From Pelomyxa schiedti (lineage: Eukaryota > Protista > Evosea): a DNA stretch of 52,034 nucleotides. The notes beneath the pieces were generated by a model. The model searched no databases. It was not told the DNA's origin and saw nothing but the letters and a program-made list of their open reading frames with translations. How positions within the stretch are numbered: position 1 is the stretch's first letter; the number at the start of each line of letters is the position of its first letter. Positions 17,334 to 28,939 of this stretch are shown here, in pieces. The stretch lies in the NCBI GenBank assembly GCA_020536535.1, contig JAHLWZ010000905.1, positions 1-52,034 of the forward strand, read 5' to 3'. Both the position numbers and the translations under genes were made by a program.

Positions 17334-20300
17334 TTATGTTACATATTTCTTGATTTCATAAGAAACTGTTGTAACTGGCAAAAAGGAGCTGGTGCCACCT
17401 CTGCCCACACCTATTTGCCTTAGAACTCGTTTGTTTAGCTCGTCCCATCTTGTGTAGTGGTCCACAAATTTCATCATTGCAACACGCAGCACATCCTCTG
17501 CAACATTGAAGTTTGGAAAGTAGGCTCGTATGTCAGATACTACGTTCTGGATATCGGACTTCCAGGAAGTGTTAAACGACTGGATGAGGTTTTCCATGGC
17601 TTCTTTGAATCCTGGTGGGCAGAAAAACAGAGAGGGGAGGTTAGAGGGATGAAAATTCACAGGGAAGTGCATACTGTTGTCGATTATGAGGGAGCGGCCT
17701 GGGGGGTTAAGGTTATCAGTTACCGTGGAACCCACAGTAGATTGTACAGTGGGCTGGGTTGTGGTAGTTGTGGGAGTTGTTGTAGGTGTAGTGGCAGCGG
17801 TGGAGGCTTCAGGAGTTAAAAGGCTTTGAGAAGTGGTGTTGCCGGTTTCGGAGGTGGTAATAATTTGGGGTGCTTGTTCAGGGGGAGGTGAAGTATTGGG
17901 TGTGGAAGAGGATTGCGGTGTGCTGACGTTTGCTGAAGAGGCTGTTGGTGGATGCAAGTACTTATTTAGAAATGTTAGCATGTGCGAAAAATATTGCATA
18001 AGCACGGCATCTACAAATGTATCCTTATACTTTTCCAATTGATGAGAAAAGTGTGATGAATCTTCACTCATTTCCATTGAAAGCTGCTTTTCTCGCTCCT
18101 GAACAGAAATTAGCTAACCTCAATAAATAAAGCTCACCCGCAGCACGGAGAGCAGCAAGTCATAATTGTTGATGAAAAACACGTATTTCATCATTGGAGT
18201 GGCAACGGAGCGTGAGAGTCGATCCAACATTAAATCCACCTCACAACGTAGAACACGTAACGACTCAGAAAGCTCGCCAGATTTGCAATGTGCATTGAGT
18301 GTTCGTAAAGAAGCACAGAACTCGGCATACTGGCGGGTAACCTTAGTTCCAAATATCACTGTTGGTGAAAACACCATATCAAGAAAAGAGTACATAATGC
18401 GGTCTGCTATCCAGCTGTCCAATGGGTTTCACAGATTGGATGCTGGACACTTGTAGTGAGAATACTTGGGAGAATCTCGCCCAGATCTGCTCATAAACCG
18501 CGTCTATTGCCGTTTAAAACAGATAAAATTTACACATCAGAGTTCACCAAGGTGGGCATCCATTTCTGGGATAAAAATCTCGCGCCTTGCTAGTGTTAGC
18601 CTATTATGTTGCGTGCTTCGCATCATTAGTAGCATCCCAAGACAATCAAAGCAATTCTCTAAAAATTTTGCCAATGTGTCCTTCGGAATAGTGAGTACAA
18701 CATCGGGATGGTGGGATTATACTCTGATGTATTGCAATGTTTTGTTGAATATTGATGTAAATAGAGTATGTCTTCTAGTGTTCCAGTCTTTTGCTACTTG
18801 AGGTATATGTTGGGCACGTTCCGGACGGAACCACATTTGCTCAAACATGTGTTCAGAACATACCTGGGCCATTCTTAGAAAGTTAAGGTAGATATGTTGA
18901 ACGTCAATACTGTATCAACGAGAAGTTGGTTTATGGATCTGAACACCCACTCAAAAGGGAAAACCAGTTTTTTCTGAAGGAGTGAGAGAAAGTTAGAACT
19001 GAAACGCTGTACCTCTGCGGCAAGGTGAGGAATGATAGGAGGAGAATCCAGTTCTCCAAGGATGGAAATCCTATTTATTATTGGGTTAATGTTGAGTTAA
19101 GTTAACAAAGGGAAAAACTACCTTGATGTTTGTTGTGGAACGTTTCCTGTGGGCTGAACAGATGTGGAGTTGAAATTGGTGAGAGTAAAAACGTTTGCCC
19201 TACTCTGTGGTTGGCTGCCTCCAAACACTGCAGTAAGAATATTAGATGGTGAGAATGTAGTTCATTCGTACATCTTCGTGGAGCATTGGATACTCCAAGG
19301 AGGTCATCTTTTGTTCCTATGCTGTACTGTTCAATTGAAGTGAATTTAGAGTTGTTTCGAAGCATCACAACCTGCAGTTTCATGATATTTGTGATATAAT
19401 AACTAAAATGAGCATGTATTATAGCACTCAGAACTGCAATCTAGACGTTGTTTGTGTGGGGAAAGGAAATAAGGATATGCACACATATCGATACACAATT
19501 TCATTTTCTAATGCTGGAGCATGCATGACAAGGAAAATGTTGAGTTTGCTGTACCGGGCAATCACATTTTGTTGAACAATTTGGAAGTTAGCTGCTTTGC
19601 CCAACCCATTTAGTTGGTCCATAAGAAAGTCACGTATCCGAAAGGCTGCCTACATTTGATAAATAAAAATTGTGGGCCAGTGTGACGCACTACAACAAAA
19701 AGTGCATCCAAAATAGGAATTACGTCAGCACAGGCAGCGACCTCGCCAACTTTCTTATGCTGTAAAAGAATTGTGTGCTTGTGCTCCAGAGTTGTGAGAT
19801 ACATAGAGTATTGTTCATTTATAACACTTGTTACGATCGCTCTTTTGAAAGATGACAATTAGTCTTCCTGGTTTGGATATGAAGAATAATCACTGGACAA
19901 GAGAAACAGGAATGTCAATTGTTTCAACAACGCGATGAAGTCCCTCTCTTGCAGCCTTATACCTCAGTAATATCAATAAAAACACAAAAAAAGAAGGTTT
20001 AATGCAATATTGCAGGATTCAAACCATTTAAAATAAATAGGTGTTGCAATTGCTCTCAAGAAGGTTTTTACCTGCAGGTTTGTAAGCACCATGCTTATTT
20101 CTCCCGACTCCAAACTTAATTCTTCAATTCGCTCAGAGATAGCAGATAGATCTGCTGTGAATTCGCTCAATGTTCCATTCATACGTGACAAAGAGCTTCC
20201 AACAGTGTGGAGCTGGTTGTGAAGCTCAACGAAATGATGAGCCTCATCAACAACTGGATTTTTGTTTGTTACGGCCAAATCGTATTCCTTGGAGAGTCAC

Positions 20301-20647
20301 ACATTGTTGTACAGCAGAACAACACAAATCAGTGATTTGATTGTCAATCTGAGTTGTGTAGAGTCGCAAGTCTCCTGCCCTGCTAAACATATTGTCTTCT
20401 TCCAGCAACTTCGAGGAGTCCAACTGCTTAAGAATGTCTTTGCAGGGTGAACAATACGAAGAAGAAAAAGACAAAGAATAGCAAGAAAATAAAAACAAAA
20501 ATCACAAAAAACCGTACCTTCCATTGCGGCCGGGTCCCAGTCCTCATTCGTGATATCGAGAGCCGCTGGGCCCATTGCGTCAACACCAAGATCTTCTTGT
20601 ACCCGTGTGGTGCTGCGATCTCCCCCATCGCCCGTAGTTGCTAGCAT
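17334..20647 (-). CDS. VPS52: Vps52 subunit of GARP/EARP tethering complex; many introns
   Basis: N-terminal coiled coil GDLRLYTTQIDNQI..VELHNQLHTVGSSLSRMNGTLSEFTADLSAISERIEEL. C-terminal VTRQYAEFCASL, YVFFINNYDLLLSVL, SFNTSWKSDIQNV..YFPNF, VSYEIKKY. Confidence 0.85.
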
Positions 20648-21371
20648 CTTCCGTTTTACGGAAAACTTTAATTTGTTGTTTTTTGATTGTCCTCAGAGCC
20701 TGAGCTGCCAGCACACTCCACGAGTGGTGTGGTCCCAGGCACGATTCCCAGCATGCTGCGTGATATGCCCGTGTGAATCTACAAACGTAGATAGGGGAGC
20801 AGGAAAAAGGTCTTTTTGTCTATTCAAGACATAACGGAAGGAACTAACAGAGAGGAGACGTCGAAGCATTACGTGGCGTGGGCGCGCGATCCATCATTGA
20901 CACATGACGTTATTGCACTGCCTTGGAGATGGTGTGCTGCTGGGGCGGCGACATGACTATACCAGGCAGGACACAGTAGCATGGATCAAGACGAAGCAAT
21001 TTTGTCCGTATATCCACTGAAGCATGGCCTCGTTGCAGCTGCACGTGAGCAATGGTGGAGCGAGAAAACTTGTGGGCTGTTCTGTCTTCAATCAAATGAG
21101 AATTTGCATCAAGGGAGGGTGTTAGCCAGTCCACGCAGGGTTGATGGCAGTCACTGGTTGGAACTAGGATCAGGTGATGGAAACCTCAAGTTGTTCTCCA
21201 TCGACGACTTGCACTGCCCGATTCGCAATTTCGTTTTGCCCAGTGAATGAAGTCGGCATCAAAGATGAGTAAGTAAATCCTCCTTTACAATAAGAAAGAG
21301 CATTTTAAAACACCATTGCAGTAATTTCAAGAGCTGAATATATTGCAGATATAACAAGGTGAGTATTGGGG

Positions 21372-21628
21372 CCCACCAGTTTCCACAAAATTTCAGTTCC
21401 AGATACTTGCACTAGTTTCCAACAGCAACTAAAAGAATCTACCCCTTCTACTTCACGTCTAAAGTTCATGTAGGTCGTCATGAGAGCTTGGAAATTCTTA
21501 ATTTTCCTCGGCAATCCCGCAGCTAATCGCTTGTTTAACGAGAGAAACCGCACAGTCCTTATGTATCAATTACCAATCAGGTAATATATATCCACAACTT
21601 ATCATTCTCACTTCATTCTCACTGCTGC
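21372..21628 (+). pseudogene. degenerate partial copy of the hypothetical gene at 3399-4554 (source ~4035-4311)
   Basis: Near-identical sequence CCCACCAGTTTCCACAAAATTTCAGTTCCAGAT...GCTAATCGCTTGTTTAACGAGAGAAACCGCACAGTC including the intron, with indels and loss of the GT donor. Confidence 0.85.
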
Positions 21629-22897
21629 AAGGCTACGAGTGCAGAACAGTAAACCTAATACACAAAGACTACAACCATTTCAATTGAGGATATCCTCGTA
21701 GTTGGCGCTCGGTTGTGTGTTTCATGGAGCAGTGGTCCTGCCACTCGCACCCTGGTACACGTCGCCCTACTTGATACCTGTTCAGAAAACCAGCTGCTTA
21801 TAGGTGGTGGAGCGGGAGTGTAATACTGTTAGACAAATACTGAGCTCAATTCTTATGACCAGACCACAAACCCCGTCTAAGTGCCATTTCACTTAAACGA
21901 TTAGTCTTCACTGAGTCCAATTCTTATACACGACAACAGCTCACGACTAACAGAAAAATGGAACATATGTTGATAAATACTTTACCACTCTCACTCCCTG
22001 ATATCCTCCTAAAATCCCTGGACTGCCACTTTTGAGGGAGCCACAGAGTCGCCAAGGTACACTTCTCTTTCTTTCCCAACAACTTACTCATTCCTACAAT
22101 AAAACAAACACCTGTGGCTAACATGTATGGTGTTCTATTAAGAAATACCAACAGAAAGTCACCCAAGCGGAAGCGGAGATTCCCGGTACTACTAGAATTA
22201 TTAATAATTCTAATAGTTCCACAGGGAGGGGAATGGCAAGGTTTTGTTGTGTGGAACAATTGGCAAATGCAATTGGTCTTGAAGTATTACCACCGCAACC
22301 TTAACGGCTGTATCCGCAGTCCCTCTATCGTATCTGCACACTATAAACTCGCAAGTTTAGGATAGTGCTATGAATGGAGCCTGCGAAGCCAAAGACCCCG
22401 CGGGGCCAAGAGTTCGTTTCCTGGTAACTAAATACAGTCACACTTTTATTCTGATATGTGCAATTATCTCCTCACAACGCCCTGTTGTTCATGTCTCTAT
22501 TTTGTAAATGTGTCTAGATCTGAGCTGCCTTAAATAGACCAAAAAGAAGATGCGCGTCAATAGTGGAATACTGTGATAAGGTTCACCTTTGCGTTGTTAC
22601 GAAAAAACACAACATGGGAGGCGAAGAAGGCGTATAATCAACTGGACTTGAGACTTGTTTTGGTACGTGGGTGGAACCCAAGATCGGGAAAAGGAGTTTC
22701 CTTTCCTTGATGTTCCGGATAGAACCTTCTGTCAAGTTCTCTTCTGAGATAGCGCAAGGAGCGGGCTTTCCGTCTTTAGGAATAATCCGCAGTGGTTATT
22801 TTTGAGGTTGTTTTAACTTTCTGCTGCAGTGTGCCCGGTTTTGACAAGAATCGAACCTTTGGCTTTATCAATAAGAAACAATTTTAAAAAATAAAAC

Positions 22898-25348
22898 ATG
22901 CAACCTGCACCCCAACAAGGCCCTCGATCCGGCACGATTTCCCCCGTACAACAGCCTCTTCAGCCCCAGTCGCAGCCCGTCCCACAATCGCCTTCCCTCT
23001 CCCTCCACAAAGTCAACGTGGTGCAGCTCGTCAACAACAGCCAACAACAGGGCTATGACGACGAGACCCTGGAGCGTCTCCAAATACGTGGAAGCCCAGT
23101 TCTCGACGACGGCCCCAACAACAACCAACAACACCAGCAGGAAGAAGAAGACCAAGACGAGTGCCCCTCCTACTCCCAGGATCATCAACAACTAGTCCGT
23201 CCAGGTTTCAGCACTCCGATGTTCAGCAACGCCAACACTACAACAACAACCACAACAACTGCAAGCCGAACGTCCAACAGGCAGCAGACCTCCAAGGGCG
23301 GCCAGCAGTGCAGCAGCAGTAGCAATAACAACAACACCCAGGAGTCGGCGCTGCTCTACGGCGGGCTTATGGGACAGTCCCTGATCGACAGCCTGCAGGG
23401 GATTACTGCCAACCGCGGGCCGTCGCCCCGCTCGGTCGCGCTGGCGTCGCTGCAGCACACCATGTCGTCCGCCTCGGCCTCCCCGCCGCTCGGCGACGCC
23501 GGCACCGGCGCGGACATTGGCTCGCTGCTGCTCCACCTGCTGACGCGCCCTCCCACGCCGGCCGCGGCGCTATTTACGGCTCGCGCGAACGGGCTCCCTG
23601 TCCCTGTCACGGGCCCCGGCTCTGGGGACGTGATTGGCGAGATTCAGATTGGGATACAGGCCCAGTCTCAGGGGGGTTGCTCCTCTGCTGGCTCGCAGGG
23701 TTTGCCTCCTCTGGGCCAGATGCTGGCTCCTACTCAGGGTACCGTATCTCGATCCGTATCTCGCTCGCACTCGAGGTCTCTTTCGCCGCCTTCGGATTCG
23801 CTGCCGAGGTCGATGTCAAACTCGCCGCCGAGGATGGACGGACAGCTTGGTTTCTCTATTCCTGGAATATCCTCACTCACGGCAAGGAACGAGTCTTCTC
23901 AGCCAAGCACTCTTTTTTCATCAAATGGAAGTCCCCCTGCTGCAGCTCCGTTAACGAGCAGCCCAACTATTCCTTTCAACTCAGGTGGTCAGCCTTCCAA
24001 TGGGAACCCTCCTGCTCATGGTACTACCTCAAATTCCGCGTCCCCGGCAAATTCTCCTGTTGCAGACCCGTCTGCCCCTCGCGGTCCATACATACGATTA
24101 CCAGTGGATAGGCGCTTCTTCAAGAATAGAACGTTCTCTGTGGCACTTATGGTTTACTCTTCTTGGAGATGGTACTTCCAACTTTTGGAAAATATTTTCT
24201 CACTTGGAGCAGTAAATACAAATTTTCGAAGGAGCAGATACTGAGCTGTGCTTTGGATGCCGTGCCTTTTACTGCCACCCCCGGAGGGCTTCCAAAAGGT
24301 ACCTTATTTTTACTGATTGAATATTTTACTGAACAATTTCCAGCACCTGCTCTATGCACAAAGTGCACCATAGGCAGTGTTGTGCGAGTTGGGGTGGCTG
24401 CCACTCAGTCCGCTTTTAAAGTTACCAATCATCCCGCGGATGATGATGACACTCTTGAAGAATACGTGCTTGATAATTGCCGATCCTTGTGCACATCCTC
24501 CAAGTACTTGCCTTTTTTAAAAAAAAAGAAGTCTCGTTAATTATCCTTTCAGAGGACATTTGCACTCTGATGTTGTCCTAGTTATGAAGTTTGGGAACCT
24601 TCAGATACACTCCCTCCCTTTCAGATTGCTTTCCTGGGACAATAAACCTTGCACAAAACAGTTGGGTGTGTAAATCCCAATATCAATCATTATATTTCTA
24701 ATTCTCGGAAACAACTAGAATTAACGAATCATTTCGTTTTTGGCTCTGGGGGTCCTCCTGATCTTCTTAACCCACCATCACCACCACCATCTCAAAAACG
24801 CCGCTTTAATCCAATTGAATCCTCACCGGATGGCAGCACGGAGAGCTATTCTCCAGATTCTGAAAGAGCTAAAGCTCTTGTTCTATCTCCTCCAAGCATG
24901 TGCACTTTTTGCTTATCTCCCGCGTTCTAACTTTTATCCAGCAAGACCTATCAGAATTGGTACACATTCTCTCAATTACTTTTTACCCACCAATCTTACA
25001 ATTATTAGACCTTGTGGTGTCCATTCGAGTGTACACTGTTGCAATTGATGAACGTTATTTGGAGCAAAGTGCCGAGGAAATGAGGTCCATACTGCAGGTG
25101 ACTACACCTGGCCTCTGGGATTACAAGTTCAGGGTCAATGGTACCGCACAATTGCCTGCCTAATGCAAAGTATTAACATTTTTAATCCAGGCAAAATCGC
25201 CTCTTCGTTCATTCATGCAGACACGGTGGACAAGGCTGCCGAGGCACATAGAAGGGCTCTGTCATACTTCTACGGCCAGCTTCCTAACAAATTTGGGGTT
25301 CCCCTGCAGAACTTTGGCCAGCTTCTCACATCCTGCAGTTCTTGGTAG
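22898..25348 (+). CDS. Q/S/P-rich N-terminus plus globular domain with CxxC and CTSS(K/R)-H-L motif; possible CudA/STAT-like amoebozoan transcription factor
   Basis: 448-aa first exon. Downstream exons give RRFFKNRTFSVAL, ALCTKC, NCRSLCTSS..HLHSDVVLVMKFG..SLPFRL and an NLS-like SQKRR; stop at 25348. Family assignment is from motif memory only. Confidence 0.55.
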
Positions 25349-25502
25349 CAACAAAGCCTCCACACAAAGAAGGGAACAGGACAAACACTAACCCGTTTGA
25401 CATCCCTTGTTGTACAACAAAAAAAAACAATTTTCCATTTTTCCTAAAGGTTCTTTTTTTTGGCGCAAAGTAAAAGAAGGAACAGCAATTTGGGTTTTTT
25501 TT

Positions 25503-26430
25503 TTAACAATAAATATTTCCATCAACCCCAATCCCGCATTCAGAGTAGTCGCCAATGTATTGTTTGAGCAAAGGCCAGGAGAAGCAACCGAACTTGTTCC
25601 CGGAGCTACTGTATGCACTGCAGTCTTTCACTTCATCCCAGTCAGCCCACCATAGTGCGTAGCTGGACCAGTTGCAGGTGTTGCAAAGAATCTGTTTTAT
25701 GTTGGTATTAAGGTTCAAGGAATGTGGAAGTCACCGTTTTCCAATTATCAACTTCTGAGTAGAAACCAATGCGTGTAGAGTCATACAGGGAGGCGAAGGT
25801 TTCAACCAGGGTAGTAACGACCTTCATTGAAGTGTTAGAGACATGAAAATAGAGGAAAAAATAACGCACTGCCACATTACTGCTGCACGAGCTGTACCAC
25901 CCACTCGGTTGTTCAATATCTATGTATATCATTGGCTTGCTTGCAAGGAGTCCTTCAGAAGTCATCTTAGAAATACAAGTTTCCACCTTCACAAGCATTA
26001 GAATGCGACGGTGTAATTTTATGTTTAATATAAATAAAACTGTCATATATTCACTTTTCAGACGCAGTAATAATTTCCATGGACAATAAATAGTTAGAGC
26101 TTGGAGTTCAAGGAATCAAAACTGAACCTGAGTGGCAGCGTCGTTTTTAACAGTAGGATAGAAATAGTAATCTATGGTTGTGAATCCCGCAGCGAGGGCC
26201 ATGTCAGTATTGGGCTTTGCGTTTGTGTTGTAGCCATTGACGCCGCGCCAGGACTCAATTATGGCAACTGTGTGGTTGTTTGTTGACCTGAGGCAGTTCC
26301 ACTCGGACTGGGTCAGGAGTGCGTAGGCGATGTCGATGCCCCTCGCACCGCTCGTGGGAGCCCCTGAGGCTCCATAAATAACTCCTGACGCTACAACAAG
26401 GAGAACGAGAGCCACTGAAGCGTGCCTCAT
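25503..26430 (-). CDS. secreted GH25-type (amoebal/Lys-like) lysozyme
   Basis: Signal peptide MRHASVALVLLVVASG; GIDIA, AIIESWR, AAGFTTIDYYFYP, IYIDIE (DxE catalytic motif), GFYS, LWWADWD, FGCFSWPLLKQY, GVDGN. Confidence 0.85.
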
Positions 26431-26552
26431 GTCACTTTGTTAGTTTTAATGGAAATGTTTAATTCAACAAAACCAACCGTTTCGTTCTGGCTTTATTCTA
26501 CTTTTGTATCCGGTTTCATCACATCATCAAAGGTACATAACAATACAGGGGT

Positions 26553-27356
26553 TTATGGTGTGATGCCAAGGAGGGAAGAAAGCCTTTGCATGAAGTGATC
26601 TGTGCGGCACCTGATTACAGTGTGGGCCACTGAGTCAAATGGAGTTGGTTGTAGGTTCACAATTACAAGGTGACCTCCATTTGTTGCAAAACTATACTCC
26701 ACGAGATTGCAGGCTGGGGTTACTTGAAGGCTGGAACCTAGGACTATAACTAAGTCAGACAGCTTGCTGTGGTGGGTAGCCAGTTCCAATTCAGAGCGTG
26801 GGAGGTTCTGACCAAATCCCACTCCTATCAATTCTCCAAACACACCAAAGTCATCTGGATCATCCACACCCGGTTTGAAGCAGGCCATGTGTGGCATTTC
26901 TGCAAGGTTTGGAGGATCCGAGAATGGAGGAGGGGCATATCCTGCCCCGCATTTACTGCAATACAACTTATACTTGCTTCCATGCAGCTCAGCAAGTTTA
27001 TCATACGGAATCCCACTCATCAAGTGCAACCCATCCACATTCTGGGTGATGACAAACTTCACGAGGCCTGAGTCCACCATTTTCTTGATAAGTATGTGCC
27101 CCAGAGTAGGTGATGGCAACTTGCCCCTTTCTCCCCATGGCTTCAATTCAGCCACGCGACCCTGGTCCAGTAGTGTCCACTGACCATTTGGTCCCCTGAA
27201 ATCAGGAATTCCAGCTGAAGTAGACACGCCAGCCCCAGTGAAGACTACAGGGTGCCTAGCTGTCTTCATCAACTCGGCGACTGCAACAACCTTTGATTCT
27301 ACAACCGCTGCATCCTCCTCTTGCTCCGGCAGAGGGTTAGCAGCACCGTGTGACAT
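26553..27356 (-). CDS. NAD-dependent deacylase, sirtuin family (SIRT6/7-like class IV), intronless
   Basis: VVFTGAGVSTSAGIPDFRGPNGQWT, VITQNVDGLH, LAELHG, VLGSSLQVTPA, IVNLQPTPFD. Confidence 0.92.
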   Translation of the reverse strand: MSHGAANPLPEQEEDAAVVESKVVAVAELMKTARHPVVFTGAGVSTSAGIPDFRGPNGQWTLLDQGRVAELKPWGERGKLPSPTLGHILIKKMVDSGLVKFVITQNVDGLHLMSGIPYDKLAELHGSKYKLYCSKCGAGYAPPPFSDPPNLAEMPHMACFKPGVDDPDDFGVFGELIGVGFGQNLPRSELELATHHSKLSDLVIVLGSSLQVTPACNLVEYSFATNGGHLVIVNLQPTPFDSVAHTVIRCRTDHFMQRLSSLLGITP

Positions 27357-27475
27357 TTCAAAATTCGAATAGAAGGGTTGTCAAACTACCTGTACGTTGG
27401 TTTGTTGTGGTGAAAGCAACGGAAAAATTCTCTCATCACAAAACGAAAACCCTTCCGTTGGTTGAAAAAAGGGTG

Positions 27476-27670
27476 ATGGGGTGCATATGTGGGAAGAAAG
27501 GGGAGAGACTTGGAGGAGGCACAGAGGGTTCGTCGACGACAACATCGACGTCGGCATCGTCTGGCGGCACCCCTGCGTCGGACGACGCGGACGCCAAAAG
27601 GGCACTCATGGCTTCCGCTGCGGAGGAGAGGTTGAAGAAGCAACAACAAAGAGGGATGAAGAAGCACTGA
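27476..27670 (+). CDS. SVIP: small VCP/p97-interacting protein (SVIP)-like
   Basis: 64 aa; MGCICG myristoylation/palmitoylation start; VIM motif R-x5-AA-x2-R (RALMASAAEER) followed by QQRG. Confidence 0.75.
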   Translation: MGCICGKKGERLGGGTEGSSTTTSTSASSGGTPASDDADAKRALMASAAEERLKKQQQRGMKKH

Positions 27671-27937
27671 CACCACGATCGATTCCTTCTGTGCCCAGAT
27701 GTCAACACCCTCAGTATTTCTATCGCCCTATTTGCTGTGGTTGCTTCTTACTTTCACAAAGGGGGAAGCCAATTCGCCCAATTGAGCGTTGGTCCGTTTA
27801 GTCTACACTCCACTCCTTCACTGAAAAAATGAAGCAGACGTTTTTCGCGACCCACAACGAAAACCCCGAAAGAAAGAAAAAAAAACCAAGTAAACCAACG
27901 AGTGTTTTGTAGCCTCTACTATTACTATACAGCACGA

Positions 27938-28828
27938 ATGAGAGGGCAACAAAAACGTGAGCTTTTCACGTGGGAGAGTATTGAGTTGATGGTGGCCATC
28001 GGTTGGGGCCTGGGCCTCGTTTTTGGTGCTGGGGTTGCCGTGGTGTTCATGGCGCCTTCCTGGCTCAACTTTGCACTTTTGGGAATCAGCATGTCTGTTT
28101 TCCATATGTGGGAATGGCTTTTTGTTGCTCTCAAACGGCCCCATGACTTGTCGGGACACTGTAGGGATCCATGTTTTTTTTTTTTTTCGTATTTTCACCT
28201 TTGTTTTTCCAAATAGCGTTTTTGCTTGATCACAGCACGGAGTACACAATTGCCTGGGGATTTTGTATTACCGAGTACCTTGTTGAACGTTACTTCTTCC
28301 CTGGTCTCAAGCAGCACACGTATATTACTGTACCTCTATCTTAGTAGTTTATTTATTCTCTATATCAAGGAACCTCACTTTACTTGGATTCTCAATTGTT
28401 GCCGCCGGACAGTTCCTACGAACGCTTAGTATGGCAACAGCAGGTGCTAACTTCAATCATTGTATAGAGGAGGACAAACGCGATGATCACAAACTTGTTA
28501 CAACTGGGATATATGGGTACCTTTACTATCCGCATTGGGGATACACCTTTACAGTTTTCGTAGTGTCCTTCGCCACCCGTCTTATATGGGATGGTTCTGG
28601 TGGTGCGTTGCAATGCAAATCATGCTGGCCAATCCTATTTCAAGCTTGGCGTTCGCTGTGGTTGCTTGGAAGTTCTTTTCTGAGAGGATTCAGTACCTTC
28701 ATAATCCCCCCTCTTCCCGTATTTGACACTTTTCTAGGTATGAAGAGCAAACACTTATCGAGCAGTTCGGGAATGCCTACCAGGAATACCGCAAGAAAAC
28801 ACGGACAGGCATTCCTTTCATTGCTTGA
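27938..28828 (+). CDS. ICMT: protein-S-isoprenylcysteine O-methyltransferase (Ste14/ICMT); spliced
   Basis: FHMWEWLFVA, MATAGANFNH, HKLVTTGIY, LRHPSYMGWFWW, LANPIS, FFSERI..EEQTLIEQFGNAYQEY..TGIPFI; TGA at 28826-28828. Confidence 0.9.
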
Positions 28829-28939
28829 GCCACAAGGCCATCACACACCCAAACGAATTCCAAATAAGTTGTTCTTTATAATTTGGAATTGCCGTTTCTA
28901 TCAACCGTAGTGTTCCACTAAGCAAGATTTGATCGCTCA

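Noticed and set aside
22680-22830. Hairpin plus ATTTTTG Sm-site-like sequence upstream of the 22898 gene
   Set aside because: No U1, U2, U4 or U5 conserved sequence nearby; such T-runs are common here.
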